64,000 nt of DNA from positions 64,001 to 128,000 of the forward strand of contig CAWHXY010000006.1 of assembly GCA_963833575.1 (NCBI GenBank), given 5' to 3'. This DNA is from Candidatus Bathyarchaeota archaeon. Its GTDB lineage: Archaea > Thermoproteota > Bathyarchaeia > Bathyarchaeales > Bathycorpusculaceae. Of this stretch, positions 39,506 to 48,163 are shown piece by piece. Both the position numbers and the translations under genes were made by a program. The notes beneath the pieces are model-generated. The model saw nothing but the letters and a program-made list of their open reading frames with translations, was not told the DNA's origin and searched no databases. Every line of letters starts with the position of its first letter. The first letter of the stretch is position 1.

Positions 39506-41188
39506 TCATGTGGAAGGTGTTTTAACTTTCAGGGCCGCCTTTTTAGCTATGTCTTCGGTTAACATGCCTATAAGTTGTCCGTTTTTAACCATGGCAGCGC
39601 GTTTTATGCCTTTTTCTCCCATTAACTTCATCGCTGTAAGCATTGATTCGTCTCCCTGAAGAAGTATAAGTGGTGTGTAGTTGAGGTCCTTTGTTGGAGT
39701 TTTCTTTGGATCTTTGTGTTCCATCACAATGTCTCGTAAAATGTCTTTGTCGCTTATCACTCCAACTGGCTTTTGGTTATCAGTTATTAAAACTGAAGCA
39801 ACATTGTTTTGCAACATTTTGTCCACGACTTTGGCAACGGTGTCAGTTGTAGAGACGTCCACAGAGGGAAGTTTTGTGCCGGCTTGGTTGCTGATTTCTG
39901 AAATATCTATGCCTCTCTTCCAAATATCATCAAGCATTTCGCTTACTCTTTCAATTTGGCCAGGGTCACTGGAGTAGAAAGTATCGACAAATGGGAATGC
40001 GGATTCAGTTCCAACATCGCTAAGCGGAGGCGCCTTAAACATAAACAAGTGCTTTTTGTCAACAAGCATCATTGTTAAGTAACTTATTGGTACATGCTTG
40101 ATTTCGTAGAGAGCTGAAAGTTTCTGTGCGGGTTCAAGATTATCTAGGTCAATGGACGCCATAATTTGGGTTTTTATGCCTTTTTTAAAGTAATCTACTA
40201 TGGGATCATTTTCAGCGAGACGATTAATACTTTGAGATGTGGTAATTATGACAATTTCTTTTTTAGCTGACTCTAAGATCTTTGTTACTTTGGTCCAAGC
40301 TTCTTCGCCACTTTTAATTACTAGTGTTTCGCCTATTGGTATTCCGCTTTTTAACTCGTCTATTCTTCTTGAGGCGTCAATTCCGATTTGCCACATCTGG
40401 ACAAAAAAAGCTTTCAAAACTGAAATGAACATTTTGTCGTTAATCCACAAGCCTTCATCTTCTAGATTCAAAACAGATGCTTCGTTGCCAAAAGGAGCAT
40501 ACAGTATGGCTTCTTCACCATCTTTAATTAAAAATCTCGGGAAAAACTTTGAAGTCATGCCGACGTGACGTAGTTTCATGTTCAATTTTTCTTCAACAAT
40601 GCTTTTGTCAAGCCTTTCTGCGACTTTGAGGTTTTCAGGGGCAATATCAGTTATAATTTGGAATTGAACTTTACGATCTTCAGAAGAAACTTCGGCGGTG
40701 TCAAAAATTCCTGCGATATCTTCTTGAATTAAGCCTAAAGCGGTTGTTAGAATTGTAACCTCACTTTTTGATTCCTCAATCATCGATAACATTTTAGAAT
40801 GAATCTTCTTTTTGCCTGTAATGATTGAGAATTTTGCTACTGGGTATTCTGATTCGGGTGCGCTAACGGACTGCCAAGCTGTAAGGAGACTCAGCTTCTG
40901 ATCAGTTAAGTTGGTAACTTCGTTCTTTTTAGCGTTAATAAACTGGTCAACTAATGCTTCAAACGGGACAATAGTAAACCTTGTAGGGCGCTCCAAAGTC
41001 GCTTCGATGAACCCTTTTTCCTGAAGCTTCTTAAAGGTACGGTAAGCTTGCACCCGCTCCATTTTAAGCCTTTTAGCCACAAAACTTGTTGATTGGACAC
41101 CGCTCTTAGCAAGAAACATATAAACTTGAATTTCTCGTTTGGATAACCCGAGAATCTGTAAGAATTTGGTTACGTCTTTTTCACTCAA
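39506..41188 (-). CDS. TrmB-family regulator with two effector domains and a C-terminal CBS pair
   Basis: LGLSKREIQVY HTH, two repeated effector units ending FFVQMWQ and MLDDIWK, and CBS motifs VGVISDKDI and LIGMLTED. Confidence 0.88.
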   Translation of the reverse strand: MSEKDVTKFLQILGLSKREIQVYMFLAKSGVQSTSFVAKRLKMERVQAYRTFKKLQEKGFIEATLERPTRFTIVPFEALVDQFINAKKNEVTNLTDQKLSLLTAWQSVSAPESEYPVAKFSIITGKKKIHSKMLSMIEESKSEVTILTTALGLIQEDIAGIFDTAEVSSEDRKVQFQIITDIAPENLKVAERLDKSIVEEKLNMKLRHVGMTSKFFPRFLIKDGEEAILYAPFGNEASVLNLEDEGLWINDKMFISVLKAFFVQMWQIGIDASRRIDELKSGIPIGETLVIKSGEEAWTKVTKILESAKKEIVIITTSQSINRLAENDPIVDYFKKGIKTQIMASIDLDNLEPAQKLSALYEIKHVPISYLTMMLVDKKHLFMFKAPPLSDVGTESAFPFVDTFYSSDPGQIERVSEMLDDIWKRGIDISEISNQAGTKLPSVDVSTTDTVAKVVDKMLQNNVASVLITDNQKPVGVISDKDILRDIVMEHKDPKKTPTKDLNYTPLILLQGDESMLTAMKLMGEKGIKRAAMVKNGQLIGMLTEDIAKKAALKVKTPST

Positions 41189-41323
41189 TCAAGCAACCGC
41201 CATCAGAACCAGCTATTGTTAGGAACTAAAGATGCAATTCGACATTTATATAACTAATGTTTTCTTGTATCCTTTATGTCAAGCAATTTGCCTACAAGTT
41301 CACGTTTCATGATTAAAAAATTG

Positions 41324-41986
41324 TTAGGCAAGCTTTTGCTGCAAAAAACCATTCTCGCTTTTTACTCTCTTTGCCGGCTTCCAAGACTTTCTAACAAAGT
41401 CTGGATAATCACCATGTCTTTCAAGCAATTGCTTAAGAAAAATCATGGTTTTTTCATCCGTCAGGTAACCGCTACCGAAATTGCCATACTCAACTCTCAA
41501 GCTCGCAATTTCTCTATCACGCTCTACCTTAGCGATGATGGATGCTGCGGAAACTATTGGGTAAATTCTATCTGCTTTATGTCTGGAAATGATTCTGGTT
41601 TTTATTTTTAGGCGTTCTCTTATGTGGTTTCCAAAGCGGTGTTCAACTGTATCTGCCGCGTCGACGAAAGCTTGGTCGGGTTCTAATTCTTCAATGATTT
41701 GTGCCATTGTTTGAGCTTCAAGTCTGTTTAGTTTGTGGAGTCTTCTGGCGCTTTCAACGACTATGTCAATTTGAGAGGGCATGATTTTTATGATATGGTA
41801 TTTTTCGGCTAGCTGAATGATTACTGGATAAAGTAGCTCACGCTTTTCTGGGGTCAAAAGTTTAGAGTCTTTAACGCCCAGTTCGTTTAAGATTGACATG
41901 TTTTCATTTTTTATCATGACTCCAGCGACGACTAGGGGACCGATGACGCATCCGCGTCCTGCTTCATCAACGCCAGCAATCAACAT
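41324..41986 (-). CDS. rnhB: Ribonuclease HII
   Basis: GVDEAGRG, DSK, VSAASIIAKV, GSGY and a C-terminal QQKL PIP-like end. Confidence 0.96.
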   Translation of the reverse strand: MLIAGVDEAGRGCVIGPLVVAGVMIKNENMSILNELGVKDSKLLTPEKRELLYPVIIQLAEKYHIIKIMPSQIDIVVESARRLHKLNRLEAQTMAQIIEELEPDQAFVDAADTVEHRFGNHIRERLKIKTRIISRHKADRIYPIVSAASIIAKVERDREIASLRVEYGNFGSGYLTDEKTMIFLKQLLERHGDYPDFVRKSWKPAKRVKSENGFLQQKLA

Positions 41987-42082
41987 TATGTTTTCAGCCT
42001 AAACTATCAATGGCGTAATTAAACTAAGCTATATTGCTTTTCCAAAAGTTGCGTCGACAAAGAAAATCAAACATTGCGCAGG

Positions 42083-42445
42083 CTACGTCATTATCTCCTT
42101 GGGTAATTCAAAAAAGCCTTTTTCGTTTGTGGGAAAATCGACTACTTTTATCACGGCAGAGAGATTAATTGGGCCATAAATGTGGGGGAATAGGTTGCCA
42201 ACATTTGGATCATAATGGCCACCGCCAGTCGGATACTCATATTTACATTTGAACTGTAATTTGTTTTCGTCAATGCACAGGAGTGCTAACCCATTTTGTC
42301 CTCTGAAGAAAATATTTGCTGTATCTGCTGTCTGTTTCAGGGTTGAACAGTGAATAAATCCCTCAGTCTCAAGAGAGGGTGCTGTATATTTACCATGAAG
42401 CTGAGCTGTTTCCCATTCTTTGTGCGTAGTAATGTGCAAAATCAT
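42083..42445 (-). CDS. DUF952 protein
   Basis: MILHIT..W, SLETEGFIHCS and FPHIYGPIN; start placed at the ATG at 42445. Confidence 0.9.
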   Translation of the reverse strand: MILHITTHKEWETAQLHGKYTAPSLETEGFIHCSTLKQTADTANIFFRGQNGLALLCIDENKLQFKCKYEYPTGGGHYDPNVGNLFPHIYGPINLSAVIKVVDFPTNEKGFFELPKEIMT

Positions 42446-42570
42446 ATGGATTCTCCTAGTTACTTGAGATCTATTCATTATTTTCAAATAAAAGACTTTT
42501 GAGAATAAATATACAGAGGAAGACCTGCAGAAAGGGACGAGTAGTTCATTTTGTTGCTTGTCAGTTGGCT

Positions 42571-42607
42571 GTTCTAGCATTAGAACAAAACGTTCTGTAA
42601 CCAGAGC
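42571..42607 (+). promoter_or_regulatory. Tandem GTTC-N8-GAAC palindromes
   Basis: GTTCtagcattaGAAC aaaac GTTCtgtaaccaGAGC taata, ending 41 nt before the ATG at 42648; same layout as the 12929 site. Confidence 0.68.
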
Positions 42608-42647
42608 TAATAGGTGCACTTAGCATATCGCTTCATGGTGAAATCAG

Positions 42648-43961
42648 ATGGAGTTCAAATTTAAACTCATTGCAGTTGCTGCTCTGGCCTTGATGGTTGG
42701 AACGGTTTTTGCTGCGCCGCTTTTAATGGCGCCTACCAATGTTCAGCCATTTCCGCCAGTGTCGGAAGGGCCTAAAGCCGATTTCAGCGTCAACGTCGTC
42801 TACGCCAACTTCAACCCAATCAACTGGCAATACACCAGAACAAATTACGATTTCTCAGGCAACCCTTCAGTTGCCACGTATCAAGCAATCAACATTACAT
42901 ACAACGTTGTCCTCAACGTCACAAACCTTTCAAACCAACCCGCCACAGTCTACGAATTTTCCTTCGGAGCCGCTCAGGACATTAATGTTCAGCAGTCTTC
43001 AATTCTAGGCGGCACAATCTATACTTACGGAGCCAACAGTACATCCAGCGCCTTCCCATACTGGTTCTTCGGAGGCATGGTTTCAGGAGTTTACCTCAAC
43101 AACAAATGGGTAAACGCCACTTGGATGCCAAACACTTACACAAACAATAACGGCACATCGACTCTCGTACCTTACCCTGAATGCTTGTACTTATTTACTG
43201 AAGCTAATTATGATGGAGGCATTATGAGCGGTCCCCTCACCCCAGACAACATCCGCGCCTACAGTGCAGACCACACAATCAACGGCACAGTTCCAACTCT
43301 GCCAGAAAATGCAAGCGACACAGGAATCTCGTTTGAAGGCATACCCATAACAGAATACTACGACCAAAACGGAAACCCCTTGATAACCGAGATGTACATT
43401 AACGGGGCATGGGTTGACGTGACGGGCAAAGTAAAAGTCGACAACACACAGCCAATGACAACTATTTCAAACCCGCTGGTAAACGATGTTTTAACAGTGG
43501 GAGCACAACCGTACGAAAACATGAATTCAAGCCTAGGCGCTATAACGGCATTGCCGACATGGGGCGATTGGAATGTTGGACGAGGATATAACTGGCTTCC
43601 GTGGGATTGGAGCCAAAAGGGATTCAACAACACTTGGGCACCACACGAGTCAAGGCTAATCATGTTCAACAACACGGTAATGTTCATCATAGATCCTGAG
43701 GGATCAGCACCAACCGCGGGTCTAGCAGCGCTCGAATCAGGACACATTACACTCTATTCTTCCGTCTCAAACTACATCAACAACGAACCAGTTAACGGAA
43801 CCTACTATAATACTGTCTCAACTGCCACCCAAGTAACTCAACTACAACTGATTGAAACTCAAAACGGATATGTATACAATGGTATCTTAAGTGATAATCA
43901 AACGTTCCAACCAGGCAATTCAAGCATAGAAGTAACTGTTGCGCCGAGGACAACACCGTGA
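42648..43961 (+). CDS. Secreted or membrane-anchored hypothetical protein
   Basis: Signal peptide, N/T/P-rich with many N-x-S/T sequons; GGTGA RBS. Confidence 0.85.
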   Translation: MEFKFKLIAVAALALMVGTVFAAPLLMAPTNVQPFPPVSEGPKADFSVNVVYANFNPINWQYTRTNYDFSGNPSVATYQAINITYNVVLNVTNLSNQPATVYEFSFGAAQDINVQQSSILGGTIYTYGANSTSSAFPYWFFGGMVSGVYLNNKWVNATWMPNTYTNNNGTSTLVPYPECLYLFTEANYDGGIMSGPLTPDNIRAYSADHTINGTVPTLPENASDTGISFEGIPITEYYDQNGNPLITEMYINGAWVDVTGKVKVDNTQPMTTISNPLVNDVLTVGAQPYENMNSSLGAITALPTWGDWNVGRGYNWLPWDWSQKGFNNTWAPHESRLIMFNNTVMFIIDPEGSAPTAGLAALESGHITLYSSVSNYINNEPVNGTYYNTVSTATQVTQLQLIETQNGYVYNGILSDNQTFQPGNSSIEVTVAPRTTP

Positions 43962-44097
43962 CCAACATAAACCCAACGAAATACAGTGGAACTACAAAGA
44001 GCCGAATAGTTGCGTGTAAGTCAATAAAAATGGTTAACCTCTATACCCCATTTTTTGGGATTAACTCTTTTAGGAAACTGATAGGAAGGGCATTAAT

Positions 44098-44616
44098 GTG
44101 ACAAACCTTGACACAGAAGAACTTGAAGGCACAACCCTAAACGTCTACGCCTGCATGGTGAAAGAAGGCAAACCTTTGGGTCCCAGAGAGACCATGCGAC
44201 TAGCCAACCTTAGCAGTCCAAGCGTGGCTTACTGGCATCTACAAAAACTCGAATCATTTGGCTTAATAACAAAAAACGAATACGGCGAATACTTTATCAA
44301 AGAAAAAGTAAACATCAGCGGCCATTTCTGGATTGGAAAGACCCTTGTGCCCCGCCTAATTTTTTACTCATTTTTCTTTTTCGGCATTTTATGCGTAGAA
44401 GCCATAACAACTGCCATCCTCTTTTTCCAAAGAGGCCAGATACCCAGTCTTTATACGTTTTACTTGATGGCCCCAACCGCCATTGCCATGGTGCTGTTAC
44501 TAAGTGAAGGCATCTGGCTTCGAAGAAAAACACAAAGTGAAAACAATAGAAAAAAACGTAACCCCACAAAAACACAGGCAAGTGCGCCAAATGTTGCTGG
44601 TGAAGTACATGAATAA
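44098..44616 (+). CDS. wHTH regulator with two C-terminal TM helices
   Basis: TLNVY...GPRETMRLANLSSPSVAYWHLQKLESFGLI HTH followed by two hydrophobic helices. Confidence 0.82.
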   Translation: MTNLDTEELEGTTLNVYACMVKEGKPLGPRETMRLANLSSPSVAYWHLQKLESFGLITKNEYGEYFIKEKVNISGHFWIGKTLVPRLIFYSFFFFGILCVEAITTAILFFQRGQIPSLYTFYLMAPTAIAMVLLLSEGIWLRRKTQSENNRKKRNPTKTQASAPNVAGEVHE

Positions 44617-44773
44617 GTTCATCAAGAAAGATTTGGAGAACCTAGAGTTCGCAGACCACAAACGCTTCTGCGAAAACTGCGGCAGGGAAACGTTCAGGTG
44701 GACTTGCTGTGGGAAGCGAACCTCGCGGGTGAAAATGCAGCCTATTCTTAAGGATAAACTACAGGTCAAATAA
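44609..44773 (+). CDS. Small zinc-ribbon protein (54 aa)
   Basis: ATG overlapping the end of the previous gene, GGTGA RBS, CENCG...CCG. Confidence 0.6.
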   Translation: MNKFIKKDLENLEFADHKRFCENCGRETFRWTCCGKRTSRVKMQPILKDKLQVK

Positions 44774-45053
44774 GAAAAAGGAAAAACCTCTCTATTGACC
44801 CTTTCTCATCTTTTCCACTCTTAACTTTCTAAAAAGAAAAGTCGTTTAGTAGACTAGCGAATCCAATGGCGGGCCGGCTGGAATACGCTAGTCTGGAATA
44901 GAATTTAACTTGTTTTTTCCTTTTTTTCTCTTCTCAAGGTGGGTCTTGAATTCATATGCGGAATTCAGGGTTAGTAACCGAATTTTCGGAAAAACAAGGC
45001 AGCCTTCTCATTCGGTTAAAGAGGGAATTTTGCGAGTGGAGGGGATTTGCTCC

Positions 45054-45458
45054 TCAATCACCGAGGCGATAATATGTTCGTTGTCCGTACAGCATGTACC
45101 CGATCCCTATTAAGATGAGAATGTACTCACTGGCGGTAACGGCTGGCGGAGGGGAGACTGTAAAGAAAAACTTTGCTTGATCGGCGGGCGCTGTGAAGAA
45201 AAGGAGCGCAGCGTCGATTATCGCCAAAACGCCGGCGAGTTTTCGTCTTCGGAACAGCGTAACCAGTCCTGCAATCGGAAGCAGCAACCCTACGGCAACA
45301 AAAAACACAGCGAATGCCAGAGTCCGTATTTCCTTCATACGGGTCTCAAAGCCCAACGGTGTCAACAGAAAACCCAGAATGATTCCCACCACAAACAAAA
45401 CTGCCAATATCCGCTCTGTATTCCCAAAAGACCTCTTTGAATTAGATAATGAAAACAT
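45054..45458 (-). CDS. Four-TM membrane hypothetical protein
   Basis: Four hydrophobic segments; TPLGFETR and ADQ motifs. Confidence 0.75.
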   Translation of the reverse strand: MFSLSNSKRSFGNTERILAVLFVVGIILGFLLTPLGFETRMKEIRTLAFAVFFVAVGLLLPIAGLVTLFRRRKLAGVLAIIDAALLFFTAPADQAKFFFTVSPPPAVTASEYILILIGIGYMLYGQRTYYRLGD

Positions 45459-45570
45459 TTCCTATGCTCCCCATTAAGGCACAAAAACTTCTAATAAAAT
45501 TAATTTACAAAGCAAAATATAAGTCTAATTTTACCCGAAGTAGAGCATCTCCGACCGTCTTGTAATCTCC

Positions 45571-45640
45571 ATGTCAAATTATGTCAAACAATGTCAATTT
45601 GTGTCAATTTGTGTCAAATTATGTCAAATTATGTCAAAAA
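45571..45640. repeat. Tandem array of 7 x 10-bp RTGTCAAWNW units
   Basis: atgtcaaatt atgtcaaaca atgtcaattt gtgtcaattt gtgtcaaatt atgtcaaatt atgtcaaaaa. Confidence 0.9.
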
Positions 45641-45743
45641 ATGTATCAACCTGCAAACAATTCAAACCCTAAATCAAAAAAGCAATCTAAAACATAAAGA
45701 AAGAAATTGGACCGAATTTTTTACAAAGACACCGAAAGGTAAC

Positions 45744-46442
45744 TCAGAGACGTTGTGCAACTATCATTGCGTGTGCTTTGTCGAAGGGCTCTAAATTTAC
45801 AACTTCTTTTACGTCAAAGCCTCTTTTCCGCAAAACATTGGCTTCCTGGCGATAAACCGCATCTGGCTCCATGGTCACGTCAATGCTTTGCGATTTCACC
45901 GCTAACATAACCCAGCCACCGGGTTTTAGGAATACGTCGGCGTTGTCTGCTAAGAGTTTTGCTTGTTCTGGTTGTGCTACGTCGCAGTAGATGGTGTCTA
46001 CTTTGCCTGATATGAACATGGCATATCTTTCGGGCATTCGTGCGTCTTCGAGAAGGGGCGATATGTTTGAGCGGTAAGCGGCAACGTTGTTTACTAAGTC
46101 TCTGATTGATCGTTGAGCAAACTCTACGCAGTAAACATATCCAGTTTCGCCAACGATGTCGGAGACATGGCTGGGCGTGGTTCCTGAAGCAGCTCCTAAG
46201 TAAAGCACTTTAAAACCAGGTTCTATAGGCACGTTTTGGACGCCTTTAAGGATGGCTGCTGCAAGCTTACTTCGGAAGGCATCCCAAATGCGGTATTCAA
46301 CGCCCTTGACTTTAGCAAGTCGTTCACCATAAACATTTAAGCCAGGCGTTAAGTTGACAGTGGCTAACCGTTGGGAACCGTCTTCAAGAGAAGCTTGATA
46401 GATTTCTTTGAATTTAAGATGCGGTTTAACCCAGACGGTCAA
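45744..46442 (-). CDS. flpA: Fibrillarin-like rRNA/tRNA 2'-O-methyltransferase
   Basis: VYGE, RSKLAAAI, VLYLGAASGTT.SHVSDI and DVAQPEQ. Confidence 0.97.
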   Translation of the reverse strand: MTVWVKPHLKFKEIYQASLEDGSQRLATVNLTPGLNVYGERLAKVKGVEYRIWDAFRSKLAAAILKGVQNVPIEPGFKVLYLGAASGTTPSHVSDIVGETGYVYCVEFAQRSIRDLVNNVAAYRSNISPLLEDARMPERYAMFISGKVDTIYCDVAQPEQAKLLADNADVFLKPGGWVMLAVKSQSIDVTMEPDAVYRQEANVLRKRGFDVKEVVNLEPFDKAHAMIVAQRL

Positions 46443-47737
46443 CGCCGTTCTCTTCTCCGATTCCTATCCCTACGCGGCCCACCATGATCTCTAAATGGAC
46501 GACCCCCACCTTCACGCGGCCTAAACGGTCGCTCTCCACCTTCTCTACGTTCAAATGATGGCCTCGGTTTAGGTTCCTTAGGTGGCGGCGGCTCCTTATA
46601 CTTCTCATGAATTTCTTCTAAACGTTTGTTAATATCAGCTTTTAATCTATCTCCGATATAGTGTCCTCCGAAAGCGTCAGCTCTCGCAGCGATAGCTAGT
46701 TTCCCAGCGATTACCCGCGCAATTTTTCCTCTCTGCCACCGCTTAGCATCATGCAAAAGGGTATGCTGGAAAATCAAGCCATGTTTTGGCGGACGAGCAC
46801 CTGTCTTTAATGAACGAAAAAGAGCTTTTTCTGCACCTAAAACCTGTATGGTGCTTGCTGGTCTCATAGCTAGATTCTGCAAGCTACCTGCAATAGCGAT
46901 TAATCTTGCACCCAGAAGTGAACCTGCAACTGCACGTACGTTAGGCGCCATTTCCTCCATGGTCGTGTCAACATAGCTATCCATGTTCTTGCGTAACTCA
47001 TAAAATGAAAGAACGTTGCGAGCTAATTCTTGTATCTGCTCCAAATCACGTTCTGCAATATCTGCTCCCATAGATGATTCAGCGGCTTTCACTACCAATT
47101 GGGATCTTTCTTTAGGAATATTTTCTTTCTCCAAAGCCTCGGCACTGTAGCTTTCTCTATCACCCAAGTTCATAACAAGTCTAGAGTAAGTTTCGTGTTT
47201 TTCGACTAAACGATCAAGCTCAGGAAAATACACACCATACCACTCTCTGAGTCTACCCATAAACAAGTTAACAGTACGATCTAAATCATCCAGCGTTTGT
47301 ATGCCTTGAGCTATAATCAGGTCTCTCTTTTCTGATGCACCTTTGATTCTTAATTTGGCAAGTTCCATGCTGACATTGCGGTTCCAAAGACTAAGTTCCT
47401 GCTCATCTTTAACAAAACCTGATTCAACTGCAACCTCATTCATTCGAGAACGTAAAACTTCAGCTTCTGCAGGTTTTGCAACCTCAACATTAACATTCAT
47501 TTTCCGCTGAACTTCTTCAGCCAAATTAGCTTTTTCAAAAACGAAAACGTCATAATCTGCATTTTTTAGTAGTGAAATTAAGAAGAAAACCTCATCAGGC
47601 ATTTTGCCAGCTTCCGTTTTTAGCAAGCTTCTTGCTGCTGCTTGAGGTTTCTTCGTAAATAGAACATTTTCAACTACACTATTTTTATCGTCGAAAGCCG
47701 CGACGCCGAACGGGAATTGGATTAGGAATGCTTTCAT
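46439..47737 (-). CDS. nop5: C/D box sRNP subunit Nop5 (Nop56/58)
   Basis: LREWYG..FPEL, PASTIQVLGAEKALFR, PKHGLIF and an Arg/Gly/Pro-rich tail; in an operon with flpA. Confidence 0.96.
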   Translation of the reverse strand: MKAFLIQFPFGVAAFDDKNSVVENVLFTKKPQAAARSLLKTEAGKMPDEVFFLISLLKNADYDVFVFEKANLAEEVQRKMNVNVEVAKPAEAEVLRSRMNEVAVESGFVKDEQELSLWNRNVSMELAKLRIKGASEKRDLIIAQGIQTLDDLDRTVNLFMGRLREWYGVYFPELDRLVEKHETYSRLVMNLGDRESYSAEALEKENIPKERSQLVVKAAESSMGADIAERDLEQIQELARNVLSFYELRKNMDSYVDTTMEEMAPNVRAVAGSLLGARLIAIAGSLQNLAMRPASTIQVLGAEKALFRSLKTGARPPKHGLIFQHTLLHDAKRWQRGKIARVIAGKLAIAARADAFGGHYIGDRLKADINKRLEEIHEKYKEPPPPKEPKPRPSFERREGGERPFRPREGGGRPFRDHGGPRRDRNRRRERR

Positions 47738-47874
47738 ATTTTCTAAGCCCCAATAAACTATGTATTGTCACTGGTTTAACTTAATAAATAGTTTTGTTGC
47801 CTAAATTGAAAGAGCCATATTTCTCTATGAAAGGAACTCGTTTCTTCTACGGAGCCTAAAAGGTCATAGAACAA

Positions 47875-47993
47875 AAGAAAAGAAAAAGATTAACTTAGAT
47901 GCCGACAAAAAATTCGGAAGAGAGAGGGGAATCATTTGCCCGCATCTAAGCTAACATTATCTCACGCTTTGGGATCGTCCTTTTGCGCGATAC
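47875..47993 (-). ncRNA. Candidate structured small RNA (two hairpins, pyrimidine-rich loop)
   Basis: Upstream TTATATAT, two stems whose imperfect pairs are mostly G-U on the minus strand, and a 3' U-rich tract. Confidence 0.45.
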
Positions 47994-48163
47994 TATCAAT
48001 GCGCTTTGAATGATATATAACGATGTGACTGTACAATTACAGCAACAATTTTAAAAAAATGAATTTTTCCTTTACAGAACATTACGGAAGCAGTGAAGGT
48101 TCGATTTTAATCTGTAGAAACGATAGTTGCAGTTAAGTTTAAAGTCTGCAGTTAAATTATAGG

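Noticed and set aside
41211-41231. Fifth GTTC-N8-GAAC-like site (agctattgttaggaactaaag)
   Set aside because: Only a half-site matches, it is not tandem, and there is no downstream gene on that strand.
45571-45640. Possible CRISPR array
   Set aside because: The units are 10 bp with no unique spacers, and there are no cas genes in the window.
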